A stretch of DNA of 64,000 nucleotides, from the NCBI GenBank assembly GCA_039208735.1, contig JBCCQY010000026.1, forward strand, positions 1 through 64,000, in the 5' to 3' direction. The notes under the pieces were generated by a model. The model made no database searches. It had not been told where the DNA came from and worked only from the letters and a program-made list of their open reading frames with translations. Every line of letters begins with the position of its first letter. Position 1 is the first letter of the stretch. The stretch is from Myxococcota bacterium (GTDB lineage: Bacteria; Myxococcota_A; UBA796; GCA-2862545). Shown in pieces: positions 39,865 through 48,566 of this stretch. The position numbers were made by a program, and so were the translations under genes.

Positions 39865-40958
39865 CACAGCGCGTAGTACCGAATGAGGGTGGGACCATCG
39901 GTCGTACCGTCCTCTGCGCCCAGAATCTGGAGGACGTAGGCATCGCCATCGTCGTTGGGGTCCAGGTAGTACACGCGGTAGTTCGGCCGCGAGGTTTTTC
40001 CAAACATGGCAAACCACGGGTTGACATCAAACGGACCGACGAACCGGTCACTCTCGAAGTCATTGGTCAGGTCTTGCGCCTGGGCGTCTTCGGTCGCCGA
40101 GGGGTAGTCCTGAAGCTCAACCCAGTCGATGGGGCCTAGCGAGGCACCCTGCCCAGGTCCCAGGTCGCCCCCATTCGTGTAGATGAATGTCGTGCGACCG
40201 AAGAAGCCAAACGAGAGGTCCCAATCGGCTCCTTCGCAGGCCACCGTCGCCTCGGTCTCGAGGTCGAAGCAAAGTGCCCCTTCGGCCGGGATGGCCCCCG
40301 TGAATGGAACGGAAGGACCAAAAGCCGGCGTGTCCGTGGCTGGAGGGAGCGAGGGCTCCACTTCGATCGTGAAGGATTCGATCCCTTTGCCATTGCGCGT
40401 GAGGAAGTCGATGTTGGTCACCCGCACCCGGGCGTAGTCGGTGCCGTTCGCGAGCCGCACGAGGTAGCCGACCGTGTCATCTTCGGACAGATCGCCGGTC
40501 GCCGCGTTGTAGTTGTAGAACGTGTCGTCGAACACGCTCGTGATTTCATCGGGTTCGGGCGACGGAACCTCGAGGTCCGAGAGAAAAAGTTCGAGGGTGG
40601 ACTTGGCGGTCGCCATTTGGAAAGCCGCCTCAACGGGCGCTCCCGACTCGTCATAGAGCCCTTCTGGGGTCGCCATGAGACCGACACCAGCGCTGCCGGG
40701 CCCGGAAGGTCCACTATTGACACGAATTGTCGTCCCCAAGAACGCGAGATCCCAGGTCGTGTCCGTTGTTGCGCCATCGGCATCGAGCCCCAGTACCTCG
40801 CCCTTGGCGAAATCGACGTAGGCAGGCGCGGTACCGTCCACGGTCAGTTCGAGGACCTCCGGGGGCGCGTCGGGCGTTCCGGTCTCGTCGTCGGAAGCAG
40901 CGTCAGTGCAGGCGAGCACCGCCAAAGCGAGCGCAGGAAACAGGGTGGGTCGGGTCAT
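39864..40958 (-). CDS. Lipoprotein with two HmuY-like domains
   Basis: VLA-C lipobox; WDLAF...RVNSGPSGPG and a second WDLSF...YTNGGDLGPG; FYNYN/PWF; YARVRV/YVLQI. Confidence 0.75.
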   Translation of the reverse strand: MTRPTLFPALALAVLACTDAASDDETGTPDAPPEVLELTVDGTAPAYVDFAKGEVLGLDADGATTDTTWDLAFLGTTIRVNSGPSGPGSAGVGLMATPEGLYDESGAPVEAAFQMATAKSTLELFLSDLEVPSPEPDEITSVFDDTFYNYNAATGDLSEDDTVGYLVRLANGTDYARVRVTNIDFLTRNGKGIESFTIEVEPSLPPATDTPAFGPSVPFTGAIPAEGALCFDLETEATVACEGADWDLSFGFFGRTTFIYTNGGDLGPGQGASLGPIDWVELQDYPSATEDAQAQDLTNDFESDRFVGPFDVNPWFAMFGKTSRPNYRVYYLDPNDDGDAYVLQILGAEDGTTDGPTLIRYYAL

Positions 40959-40977
40959 CCGTCCTCCGATGCCCCGC

Positions 40978-41007
40978 ATCCTACTCTATTGAAAGTGAAT
41001 TTCAATA
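40978..41007 (-). promoter_or_regulatory. Fur-box-like operator overlapping the sigma70-type promoter of the hmuY operon
   Basis: AT-rich palindrome TATTGAAA-gtgaa-TTTCAATA (40987-41007); on the minus strand TTGAAA-16 nt-TAGGAT, then GGAGG RBS. Confidence 0.8.
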
Positions 41008-41011
41008 TTGC

Positions 41012-42409
41012 TTAGGCCGGCACCAACGCCGAACGCAACGCCGTGGGCTTATGCAACGCAAGGGCAGCGACACGGTAGGCCTCGGCGAGCGTTGGGAAGT
41101 TGAAGGTGTTGTCGACGAACACCTCGGGTCGTAGCCCCCCCAGCATCGCCATTTGGCCTACATGCACGAGGTCGGTGGCGCCTTCCCCGATGATGTGAAC
41201 GCCGAGAATACGGGAGCCGTTCGCCGTTGTGATGAGCTTGAGCATGCCGCGAAGGTCGGCGATTTGGCCTCGAGCCACCTCGGTGAAGTTGCAGATCCCC
41301 ACTCGAATCTCGTCGTGGGCTTTCAGCGCTTGGGCCTCGGTGAGGCCGATGCCCGCAAGTTCGGGAATCGTGTAGATGCCCATTGGCGTTTGGCTGCTGA
41401 CATCTTCCACCGGCAGGTCCACCGCCATACGGACCGCACGGCGCCCCTGTTCCATCGACGTCGCGGCCATGGCGGGAAACCCGATGGCGTCGCCCACCGC
41501 AAGGATGTGCGGCACCGAAGTCCGAAACTTGTCATCGACCTCGATGTGACCGCGTTGGGTGAGGTCGACCGGCAGGGTTTCAAGGCCGAGGTGGTGGACG
41601 TTCGCAACCCGGCCCATCGCCAGCAACACGGTGGTGGCTTGCAGTTTCGAGCCATCGAGGAGTTCGAGTTCGACGCTGCCGAAGCTTGGTGTCATGCGCA
41701 CCACGGTGGTCTCGGTGACGATGCGGCCCCCTGCGGCCTTGAATCGCTCCACCAGCCGCTGCGTGAGATCGTTGTCCATGAAGCCCAGCGGATGGCTCGC
41801 TTTGTCGATCATCGTGACCTCGGTGCCGAGGTGCTGGAAGATCGTGGCGTATTCGCAAGCCACCACGCCACCCCCAATCACCACGAGGCGCTTGGGTAGG
41901 TAGGGCTGCTGCAGGATCGAATCGCTGTCGAGGACGCGCTCGTGGTCGACGGGAAACCCAGGTGGATGCCGAGGGACCGAGCCCGTCGCGATCACGAAGT
42001 GCTCGGCGGTCAGTTCATGGCGCTCACGAATGCCCTGAACGGTGAGCCGATGGGCATCTTCGAACCGCGCCCGCCCACGGACAATCACGATGCCGTTGCG
42101 GGTGACTTGGTCGGTTTGGTAGCGGACGTGGCCCTCGATGACATCGGTGACCCGACTCAAGAGCATTTCCATCGGCACTTCATCAGGAAGTTCCGCCACG
42201 CGGGCGAGGGATTCGCGGCCGACGGCAATGCGTCGTGCGGCCTCGCGTAGGGCTTTGCTCGGGATGGTGCCGCGATGGACACACTCCCCGCCCACGTCCG
42301 AGCCGCGTTCTACAATGGCGACGGAGTAGCCAGCTTTCGCGGCTTGAATGGCCGCCTTTTGTCCCGCAGGTCCCGCTCCGATCACCACCCAATCGAAGCG
42401 CTGACTCAT
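41012..42409 (-). CDS. sthA: Soluble pyridine nucleotide transhydrogenase
   Basis: IGAGPAGQKAAIQAAK, GGECVHRGTIPSK (CxxxxT), DSDSIL, GDAIGFP, GIYTIPE, NTFNFPTLAEAYRVAAL. Confidence 0.92.
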   Translation of the reverse strand: MSQRFDWVVIGAGPAGQKAAIQAAKAGYSVAIVERGSDVGGECVHRGTIPSKALREAARRIAVGRESLARVAELPDEVPMEMLLSRVTDVIEGHVRYQTDQVTRNGIVIVRGRARFEDAHRLTVQGIRERHELTAEHFVIATGSVPRHPPGFPVDHERVLDSDSILQQPYLPKRLVVIGGGVVACEYATIFQHLGTEVTMIDKASHPLGFMDNDLTQRLVERFKAAGGRIVTETTVVRMTPSFGSVELELLDGSKLQATTVLLAMGRVANVHHLGLETLPVDLTQRGHIEVDDKFRTSVPHILAVGDAIGFPAMAATSMEQGRRAVRMAVDLPVEDVSSQTPMGIYTIPELAGIGLTEAQALKAHDEIRVGICNFTEVARGQIADLRGMLKLITTANGSRILGVHIIGEGATDLVHVGQMAMLGGLRPEVFVDNTFNFPTLAEAYRVAALALHKPTALRSALVPA

Positions 42410-43203
42410 CGCAGCACCTGCAATAGCGACATCACGTCACTGCTCTGTCCACGCAGTCGTTCGAGGTCCTCGGGGTACACGTTGAGGCGTTCGAGCACCG
42501 GATCCTCCTCCAAGGGGGCCGTGATGTCGGGATCGTCGTTCTTCAGCAGCTCGCACGCGAGCCGCCGGGCAAGCCAGGTGCTCGCCGCAACATCGCCGTA
42601 GGTGGACGCCGTGGGCCAGTCGCGATGAAGTCCGACGGCCGCGACGAGGGGAGCGGGCATGGCCCACCCCATGACGGCTTGAACGCCCACTTCGATGTAG
42701 TGGCGCTCGAGCATCTTGGTGTCGGTGATGCCTTCCGCCAGCAAGACCAACTCTCCAATGTTGTGCAGCAAGCCGCACAAGAAGGACACTTCGACCTGCC
42801 GGCGTCGCAGCTGCGAAAGGCACCGAGCGAAGCCTGCGCTGGCGATGGCCGTGGACCAGCTCGTGGCGCGCTGGGGCGCGGTCGCGGGATCCGAGAGCGG
42901 GGGCCGTAGGCAGGCGGCGACGGTGAGGTCCGACACCGAAGCCAATCCCAATCGCGTGACGGCGTGGGTCAGCGTCGTTGGAGGCACGGAGCCCCGGTAC
43001 ATCGCGGTGTTCGCTGCTTTGATGATCATCGTGGCCAGCGCCGGATCGCGTTGCACGAGCTCACACACCGACGAGATGTCCGACTCGGGGTCCGCGACAG
43101 CGTTGAGGACCGCCTCGGCTACGGCCGGAAAGGGTGGAAGCGTGATTTCGTTCGCTGCAATGACGGGCAAGGAACACCCCCGCGGGCCTCGTTCCCGGCC
43201 CAC
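42406..43203 (-). CDS. Stand-alone HDOD domain protein (start uncertain)
   Basis: LPPFP, DPAL...I..AN...Y, AVTRLG, FLCGLLHNIG, W.MP; ATGA overlap with sthA. Confidence 0.88.
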   Translation of the reverse strand: MGRERGPRGCSLPVIAANEITLPPFPAVAEAVLNAVADPESDISSVCELVQRDPALATMIIKAANTAMYRGSVPPTTLTHAVTRLGLASVSDLTVAACLRPPLSDPATAPQRATSWSTAIASAGFARCLSQLRRRQVEVSFLCGLLHNIGELVLLAEGITDTKMLERHYIEVGVQAVMGWAMPAPLVAAVGLHRDWPTASTYGDVAASTWLARRLACELLKNDDPDITAPLEEDPVLERLNVYPEDLERLRGQSSDVMSLLQVLR

Positions 43204-43283
43204 GGCCCCCCATCGGTCTGCCGTTGGATGGGCTTGACCGGAGGGGGACGCTCGCGTTGGCGGAGCGGGGTTGGGGGTCTACG

Positions 43284-44270
43284 ATGGACGCGTCCCTCCC
43301 GCCGAGGTGTGCTCTGCTTCCCGACCGTCCTCGTGATCAGGTGGCCCTGGTCATCGCCGTCGTCGCTATATTGGTGATCCTGGTGACCATCCGGGGGCCC
43401 CTGCGACCTCCGCTCGTGACTGAACCAGAACCCTTCGAGGTGCAGGCGAGTGTGCCCACGGACGCAGATGTCTCCACGCTCGAGCGAAGGAAGCCGTCCC
43501 GGGCCATTCCAGAGGTCCCTCGGGCGGTCCCGGCCGACGCTTGGATCGACCTCGAAAGCGGACTCGACGTCTACGACGCCACTCCTGGCGATGGCGCGAG
43601 GATCTTTCGAGGGGAAGTGGTGCTCGTCGACTACACGATCTGGCTCGAAGACGGCACTCTCGCCTATTCGACGTTGGAGAAGGCGGAGCCTGCGCGCTAC
43701 GTCGACGGGCTTGGTGGGGTCTTACCTGGCATTGCCGAGGGCGTTCGACCCATGACCGTGGGAGGCAAGCGCTCCCTTCGGGTTCCGCCAGAGTTGGGGT
43801 ACCGCAATCGCGGTCGGGGTCTCATCCCGCCGGATGCGACCTTGCAGGTCGATGTGGAGTTGGTGGACGTTTTGCGTCCGCGAACCGCGCCGCCGGCGGA
43901 TCTCGATCTGCAGGCCGTAGCACGAGGTCTCGAGGTGGCGGTCTTGGCGGACGGGGAGGGTCCCGCCCTTGAAGCGGGGGACCGGGCGGTGATGGACTAC
44001 GCAATGTGGGTCGAAGGCGGAGAACCGAAACCCATCGATCAGTCCTTTGAACGCGTCGAGCCGTTTTCGGTCGACATTGGGCGTCGCAAACTACTCGCGG
44101 GCTGGGACCAGGGGCTGCGTGGCATGCGCCCGGGCGGTCACCGCGTCTTGCGACTCGCGCCCGAAGTCGCATTCGGGCCTCAAGGGCGAGAAGGGATCGT
44201 GCCGCCGAACGCGACGATCCTCGTCGAAGTGCGGTTGCATCGCATTCGAAAAGCCCTTCGCCGAAGGTGA
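43284..44270 (+). CDS. Membrane-anchored PPIase with two FKBP domains (start uncertain)
   Basis: TM; ESGL..YD..PGDG, M.VGGKR.L.VPPELGY, IPPDATL; second GWDQGL.GM..GG.R.L...EVAFG, VPPNATI. Confidence 0.88.
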   Translation: MDASLPPRCALLPDRPRDQVALVIAVVAILVILVTIRGPLRPPLVTEPEPFEVQASVPTDADVSTLERRKPSRAIPEVPRAVPADAWIDLESGLDVYDATPGDGARIFRGEVVLVDYTIWLEDGTLAYSTLEKAEPARYVDGLGGVLPGIAEGVRPMTVGGKRSLRVPPELGYRNRGRGLIPPDATLQVDVELVDVLRPRTAPPADLDLQAVARGLEVAVLADGEGPALEAGDRAVMDYAMWVEGGEPKPIDQSFERVEPFSVDIGRRKLLAGWDQGLRGMRPGGHRVLRLAPEVAFGPQGREGIVPPNATILVEVRLHRIRKALRRR

Positions 44271-45101
44271 TTACCTGACCGTACTGCCCACGGTTAGCGC
44301 CAGCGTGTGGAGCCAATTGCGGGTGAACCCATCGGTGAAGGGGTCGGCATTGTTGCTCGTGCCCACCGCACCGCCGCCGATGTAGCGCAACGACACCCAG
44401 CCATCGAGGCCCTTAGGACCCTGCAGACCCAAGGTGATCCGGGCGTCTGCAATGGCCCCCTCAACGTCTGATGTCGATCCGTTGATCAAGGAAATGGGTG
44501 CGTAGAAGCCTTGGATTTCGCTTCCCAGAAAGACGTTCTTCGTCAGGGTGTGGCGCTGTCGGAACGCGAGAAGGGGAACCGGTCCGATGTTGGTCGTGAT
44601 GACCGATTGGCTACCATCGAGGGCCGTGTAGCCAATGCTCGCGTTGCGGATCTGCAGTCCCAGACCGAATGCGATCTCACGGTCCGTGGCTTCGGTCGTG
44701 TCATGCAGCCAGGTCAGTCGGTAGTACGGAAAACTGTAGCGGAAGGACAAGGCTCGACCCTGGGCAAACGTCACATCGCCGATTTGCAGGTCGCGATCGG
44801 GGGCGAGCTGGGACGCGAATACCAAGGGTTGGTAGAGCAAAATCAATGTGTCGCGACGGTTCTTTCCGAGGTCCAAGTCCACCTGCAAGCGGGTGAACGC
44901 AAACAAGACGTCTTGGGCAAGGTCTTTGGGTAGCGAAACGTCTGTTCCGTTCTCGTTAATCTGGAGCTGATGCCGCAGTTGGCCCACGGTTCCGAGTTCA
45001 GCGCGAAGCCGCACGGCGACGGGGGCCTCGGTCGAGTTGAGCAGCGAGTCCTTGGCGTCGGGCGTGCCGCCAAAAGCGAGGGTCGAAGCGAGCCACCACA
45101 T
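44271..45101 (-). CDS. Hypothetical outer-membrane beta-barrel protein
   Basis: GGAGG RBS, MWWLASTLAFG signal, amphipathic strands throughout. Confidence 0.65.
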   Translation of the reverse strand: MWWLASTLAFGGTPDAKDSLLNSTEAPVAVRLRAELGTVGQLRHQLQINENGTDVSLPKDLAQDVLFAFTRLQVDLDLGKNRRDTLILLYQPLVFASQLAPDRDLQIGDVTFAQGRALSFRYSFPYYRLTWLHDTTEATDREIAFGLGLQIRNASIGYTALDGSQSVITTNIGPVPLLAFRQRHTLTKNVFLGSEIQGFYAPISLINGSTSDVEGAIADARITLGLQGPKGLDGWVSLRYIGGGAVGTSNNADPFTDGFTRNWLHTLALTVGSTVR

Positions 45102-45150
45102 GAGTACCTCCATGGGATGGACGGCGTATCGAAACGCGCGCGGAGCTGAT

Positions 45151-45906
45151 TCACGGCACGCGCTGCAACCGGGGATCGCGCAGCGTTTGGCGCGCCACAT
45201 CAAGGTGGGTGGTCGGCGATGCGGCAAGTTGCCGAACGCGACGGGGCGTGAGGCACAACGCACGGGCAATGGCCTGGGTGGACCAACCGTGGTGGCGGGA
45301 CAGGTGTACGAACAACAGAAAACACCGTCGGTCCGAAGGCACCACGCCGATCACCGCCGCGGCGACGCGGAGCAGGGTGGCGAGCGCTCTTCGCGGTTGG
45401 GGAGGTGCGATGGGCGGCCGAGACAGTCCTCCACAGCGTTCGTGCACGGCTTGGGGATCCACGGCTCTGCGCAAGGGTTTGGCGTCGAAGAAGACCGCTT
45501 CGCGGTAGCCGAGCAGATCACGATGGGAGGACCAGGGGGTGGCGAGAGGTCGACGAGGCCCCCGCTCACCCGCGAGGGGCGCGCGATGGGCCCATACGAC
45601 GGCATCGATGGCCTCAGGCTCGGAATTGTGGGACGGGTGGGGTACGGTCAGCCCCCCGGAGAGCCCCGCGTGCCTCAAGGCGAGGGCTGTGCCGACCTTT
45701 ACGCCCTTGATCACCGTTCGAACCGCCTTGGACTCTCCACGAAGCACACAGCGAAGCGCATCTCCCTCTTCAAAGCCAAAGGCCATCAGGTCGACATGGT
45801 GCGCTCCACTGCACCGCTGAACCCGCTCGATGAGTCCATAGCGAAAGAGCACTCCCGCCCGAGGCCGGGGCCAACTTGGCAGGGCAAATCGGATTCGTTC
45901 GAACAT
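45151..45906 (-). CDS. Putative catalytically inactive RAYT/Y1 (HUH) transposase homolog with C-terminal HTH
   Basis: VDLMAFGF ~ LYAYCL, VWAHRAP ~ RYIHxNP, PWSSHRDLLG ~ WSSYxxYLG, GWSTQAIARALCLTPRRVRQL HTH; HUH and catalytic Tyr absent; GGAGGT RBS. Confidence 0.6.
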   Translation of the reverse strand: MFERIRFALPSWPRPRAGVLFRYGLIERVQRCSGAHHVDLMAFGFEEGDALRCVLRGESKAVRTVIKGVKVGTALALRHAGLSGGLTVPHPSHNSEPEAIDAVVWAHRAPLAGERGPRRPLATPWSSHRDLLGYREAVFFDAKPLRRAVDPQAVHERCGGLSRPPIAPPQPRRALATLLRVAAAVIGVVPSDRRCFLLFVHLSRHHGWSTQAIARALCLTPRRVRQLAASPTTHLDVARQTLRDPRLQRVP

Positions 45907-46008
45907 CTTCACCTCCGCCGCAGCCCCCGAGCAAAGTCTGGGCCACCTGAGAAGGAAGGTTGGAACGTTCGGTTGACCGACGTCTGTCGCTAGACCTGAC
46001 GACGGTCG

Positions 46009-47847
46009 TCAGTCGGCGCGCCGAGCCCCGGTCATGCCGAAGAGACCGATGACAACCCCTCCGGTGATGACGGTAAGTCCGAGGAATCCTACGTCGGGAA
46101 GCCCCCCCTGACGGGCCGCCAGCAAGGCCAGCCCGTTGTTGAAGGCGTGGAGGGCCATCGCGGGCCACAACGAGCCGCTTCGGGCCACGACGCCACCCAA
46201 CACGAGACCGAGGGCTGCCGTCGGAAGGATGCGTGGCAGGTACAGGTGCATGATGCCGAAGGCCATGGCGACGAGGGTGATGCGAATCAGCGTGGGTACG
46301 GTGGCTTGTCGGAGCAGCCCCTGCAGCAGGCCACGGAACAGCAACTCCTCGGCCAAGCCGGGGAGCAGCGCGAACCCCAGCAAGGGCACCCACAAAGGAA
46401 GATCCGCCATTTCGAGTTGTTGCAGAGCCTTGAGGAGGGCGGTGTGCATGGGCAAGACGGGGTCCTGCAGCCGGGCAACGAGCAGGCCCACGGCCGGTAC
46501 CCCCGGGGCGATGAGCCCTGCGAGGAGGGCGTCGCGAAGGGTGGGAGGGCGTAATGACAGTGTTTTTCGAAGGTCGAGCCCCAGCAGGCTCGCGGTTCCG
46601 ACCGTCGTGCCGGCAAACACCACGATCTGGGTGAAGACCATGCCCCAGAGCAAATCGAGTTCCTGCGCCGGTTGCCCCACGAACCCGAAGAGCCCGAGTA
46701 CGGTGATGAACGCCACGATCGCGTGGACCACAGAACGCGTTCGTCGGTCGCTGCCCCGCGGCAGGAACGTGGCGTCTCGGTCGACGAAGCGGGCGGCGAG
46801 CCAGGTGAAGCCTGTGACGGTCACGATGGTGCTCCCGGCCACGAGCAAGGCCAAGCCGGGCACGGCCTGTCCCATCGACCAGGTGCGACCCAACAGCGCG
46901 AAGTTGGCCACCGGAACGAGGGCTGTGACCGGGGACAACTCCACATCCGAGAACAGCGCGACGGTGGCGGGGGAGGCGGCAACGAGCATGACCGGCGCCG
47001 CCATCAAGGAGCCCGTTCGGTGATCCGGGGCCAGCGCCGCGAGCGCAACGAGAAGGGGGGCGATTTGCAAGGCCCAGCCCACCACGATGGCCGATGCGGC
47101 CGCGGCCATGGTCGGTGAGAGTGGATCGTCCAACACGCCTACGACGCCGGCTCCGAACGTCGCCATCACCCCAATACTTCCCGCGATGACGCCAAATCCG
47201 ATGGTGAGAAGCCCCTTGGCCAGGAGCACGTTCGTTCTCGAGACCGGCGTGACGAGCACCGCTTCGATGGTCTTCCGCTCCTTTTCACCGGTCAACACGT
47301 CCATCGCGACGTTGAGCATCGTGAGGAGAATCGACGTGATGATCAACGGCGTCATCAAAGTGGTGACGGACGGTTTGAAGGGTTTTTCCTTGGTAACTGC
47401 GACCGATTTTACGACGAGAAGGTCACGAAACCGCGCGTCGATGCCTGCCTTCGTGAGGGCCTCGTCGCGGGCCTGGGTCCGGATCCGTCGTGCCACCTTG
47501 CGAATTCGACGTGCGGCGGTGCGTGATGTCGCGTCGTCGAGGCGGTAGGCGACGCGAACCGTCGTGTCCTCGACGGTGACCGAAGCGACCGCTCGCGCAG
47601 GTTCCGTAAGGCGAAGGGGATCGTCGGCTTCGATCCAATCGGTGAAGGTGGCGTCGGCGGAGATCGGGGACTTGGTGGCGGGTGGGCCTCCCGACACCTC
47701 ACGCTCCACGTCGTCCACGAACCCCTGGGTAAACCACAAGCCTCCGACCACCAGCAAGATGGGGCACAAGAAGGTGAATCCAAGGGTGATCGGCTGGCGC
47801 AACTGGCGAAGCAGGTCGGTGCGGACAATGGCGAGGAGGGGGCTCAC
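46009..47847 (-). CDS. NatB-like ABC permease fused to CPBP (CAAX/Abi) intramembrane protease
   Basis: DVLTGEKERKTIEAVL..PVSR; AEELLFRG, FGIMH, LHAFNN. Confidence 0.9.
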   Translation of the reverse strand: MSPLLAIVRTDLLRQLRQPITLGFTFLCPILLVVGGLWFTQGFVDDVEREVSGGPPATKSPISADATFTDWIEADDPLRLTEPARAVASVTVEDTTVRVAYRLDDATSRTAARRIRKVARRIRTQARDEALTKAGIDARFRDLLVVKSVAVTKEKPFKPSVTTLMTPLIITSILLTMLNVAMDVLTGEKERKTIEAVLVTPVSRTNVLLAKGLLTIGFGVIAGSIGVMATFGAGVVGVLDDPLSPTMAAAASAIVVGWALQIAPLLVALAALAPDHRTGSLMAAPVMLVAASPATVALFSDVELSPVTALVPVANFALLGRTWSMGQAVPGLALLVAGSTIVTVTGFTWLAARFVDRDATFLPRGSDRRTRSVVHAIVAFITVLGLFGFVGQPAQELDLLWGMVFTQIVVFAGTTVGTASLLGLDLRKTLSLRPPTLRDALLAGLIAPGVPAVGLLVARLQDPVLPMHTALLKALQQLEMADLPLWVPLLGFALLPGLAEELLFRGLLQGLLRQATVPTLIRITLVAMAFGIMHLYLPRILPTAALGLVLGGVVARSGSLWPAMALHAFNNGLALLAARQGGLPDVGFLGLTVITGGVVIGLFGMTGARRAD

Positions 47848-48566
47848 GAGCGTCTCACGAGCGCCAGGAAGATGCTTTCGAGGTAGTGCTCGCCCGTTGC
47901 CTCACGCAGGGTGTCCAGCGTGCCCGATGCGAGCGCCCGTCCTTCGTGAAGGATGACCAGCCGGTCACACAGGCGCTCGGCTTCACTCATGATGTGGGTG
48001 GAGTACACCACGCAGTGTCCTTGCCCGCGTGCCTCCTCCACAAACTCCAGGACGGTCTGCGCCGCGATGACATCCAACCCTGCAGTGGGCTCGTCGAGCA
48101 CGAGCACGGGGGGATCATGGATGACCGCGCGCGCCACGTTGACGCGCTGCGTGTTGCCTGTCGACAGGCGCTCACAACGAACGTTGGCGTACTCCTGAAG
48201 TCCAAAGCGCTCGATCAGTTGGTCCACTCGGTCCTTCACATTGGAGAGCCCTTGGAGGCGTCCAAAGTACCGAAGCACCTCGCGAACCGTGAGTCGGCGG
48301 TAAAGCTGGGTGGACCCAGACAGGTAGCCGATGCCAGCGCGGACCTGGTCCGGAGCGTGACGCGTATCGAAGCCGTCCACCCGAACGGTGCCTTCGTCGG
48401 GGGTGAGCAAGGTCACCAGCATGCGCAAGGTGGTGGTTTTCCCTGCGCCATTCGGCCCGAGCAGACCGAGCACCTCGCCCGCCCGGGCGGTGAAGGACAC
48501 CCCATCAACGGCGGTGACGACCGGGGGACCTGGAAACTGCTTGAACAGGCCATCCACTTCGATCAC
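47844..48566 (-). CDS. NatA-like ABC transporter ATP-binding protein
   Basis: GPNGAGKTT, LSTGN.QRV, LDEPTAGLD, STHIMSEAE. Confidence 0.93.
   Translation of the reverse strand: MIEVDGLFKQFPGPPVVTAVDGVSFTARAGEVLGLLGPNGAGKTTTLRMLVTLLTPDEGTVRVDGFDTRHAPDQVRAGIGYLSGSTQLYRRLTVREVLRYFGRLQGLSNVKDRVDQLIERFGLQEYANVRCERLSTGNTQRVNVARAVIHDPPVLVLDEPTAGLDVIAAQTVLEFVEEARGQGHCVVYSTHIMSEAERLCDRLVILHEGRALASGTLDTLREATGEHYLESIFLALVRRS

Noticed and set aside
45151..45906. Active IS200/IS605 or RAYT mobile element
   Set aside because: HUH and Tyr catalytic residues are missing; no tnpB and no repeated flanking REP arrays seen
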